Shown: positions 14,097-14,465 of the stretch, in pieces
Layout: every line of letters begins with the position of its first letter
Position numbering within the stretch: the stretch's first letter is position 1
Assembly: GCA_024275775.1 (NCBI GenBank)
Contig: JAJRYM010000156.1
Location: 1-14,465, forward strand
Origin: Nitrospirota bacterium
GTDB taxonomy: Bacteria; Nitrospinota_A; UBA7883; JACRGQ01
Direction of reading: 5' to 3'
Length of the DNA: 14,465 bases
Notes under the pieces: generated by a model
Database searches by the model: none
Told to the model about the DNA's origin: nothing
What the model saw: only the letters and a program-made list of their open reading frames with translations
Position numbers and translations under genes: made by a program

Positions 14097-14465
14097 TTGG
14101 ATTACTTTGAATACAAGAACGGCTCTCTTTACTGCGAGGAAGTGCCGCTTGAAAAAATAGCCGAAGAGGTTGGGACGCCTTTCTACTGCTATAGCCAGCG
14201 GACTCTTGTGCGCCATGTAAGGGTGTTCGACGAAGCTTTCAGCGGGATTGAGCATCTTGCCTGTTTCGCCGTTAAAGCCAATTCAAACCTCGCCGTACTG
14301 CACGAGCTCATAACCGCCGGCGCTGGTTGCGATACTGTGTCCGGTGGGGAGATTTACCGCGCACTGAAGGCTGGATGCAGTCCGCAAAAAATCGTTTACG
14401 CCGGAGTCGGCAAAACGATCGAGGAAATCGAGTACGCCCTTGAACAGGGTATCCTTATGTTTAAC
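14097..14465 (+). CDS. lysA: Diaminopimelate decarboxylase, 5' portion. The gene runs off the window's 3' edge.
   Basis: TTG start with AGGAGGG 4 nt upstream. The N-terminus LYCEEVPLEKIAEEVGTPFYCYSQ..L..H...F.......HLACFAVKANSNLAVL is the typical fold-type III PLP decarboxylase (LysA) opening. There is no stop codon before the window end. Confidence 0.8.
   Translation, partial: MDYFEYKNGSLYCEEVPLEKIAEEVGTPFYCYSQRTLVRHVRVFDEAFSGIEHLACFAVKANSNLAVLHELITAGAGCDTVSGGEIYRALKAGCSPQKIVYAGVGKTIEEIEYALEQGILMFN

Noticed and set aside
13386-14255. 289-aa minus-strand ORF
   Set aside because: It lies antisense across the 3' third of the NSS transporter gene, spans the spacer and runs into the lysA start. 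Its product is Arg/Lys-rich low-complexity sequence, typical of a reverse-frame artefact. It does not exclude a short antisense transcript.
1-14465. CRISPR arrays, tRNA/rRNA genes, insertion sequences or integrase/transposase genes
   Set aside because: No spaced direct repeats, no cloverleaf-like conserved tRNA features, no terminal inverted repeats and no recombinase-like ORFs were seen. The window is almost entirely protein-coding, on both strands.

Overview
This is a densely coding bacterial chromosomal segment of roughly 50-55% GC, with about 20 genes and almost no non-coding DNA. The plus strand from nt 26 to nt 8069 carries two gene sets with short or overlapping junctions. The first is a polytopic membrane protein with heme-copper-oxidase-like histidine motifs, an overlapping 39-aa single-TM miniprotein, an ABC-2 exporter pair, a DUF420 (CtaM-like) membrane protein, the methylthiotransferase MiaB and a DUF151 'bifunctional nuclease' domain protein. 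After a 58-nt gap comes a two-gene module: an SPFH/band-7 protein of the YdjI/COG4260 type ending in three tandem zinc ribbons, followed by a 466-aa protein built from an internal duplication of a zinc-ribbon plus ~200-aa unit. The minus strand from 9808 to 8046 carries a dapA-NUDIX-DUF1232(YkvA-like) operon whose 3' end overlaps that module convergently. The dapA/efp divergent intergenic region contains helically phased A-tracts (predicted curved DNA) and candidate sigma70-like promoters on both strands. Downstream lie efp-accB-accC and an overlapping NSS-family Na+ symporter gene, then a 3'-truncated lysA. No rRNA, tRNA, CRISPR array or mobile element is evident. The best candidates for something undescribed are the SPFH-triple-zinc-ribbon / duplicated-zinc-ribbon pair, which resembles a Psp-type membrane-stress module without pspA, and the HCO-like membrane protein/miniprotein/ABC/DUF420 cluster. 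All family assignments rest on motif recognition by eye, not on searches.
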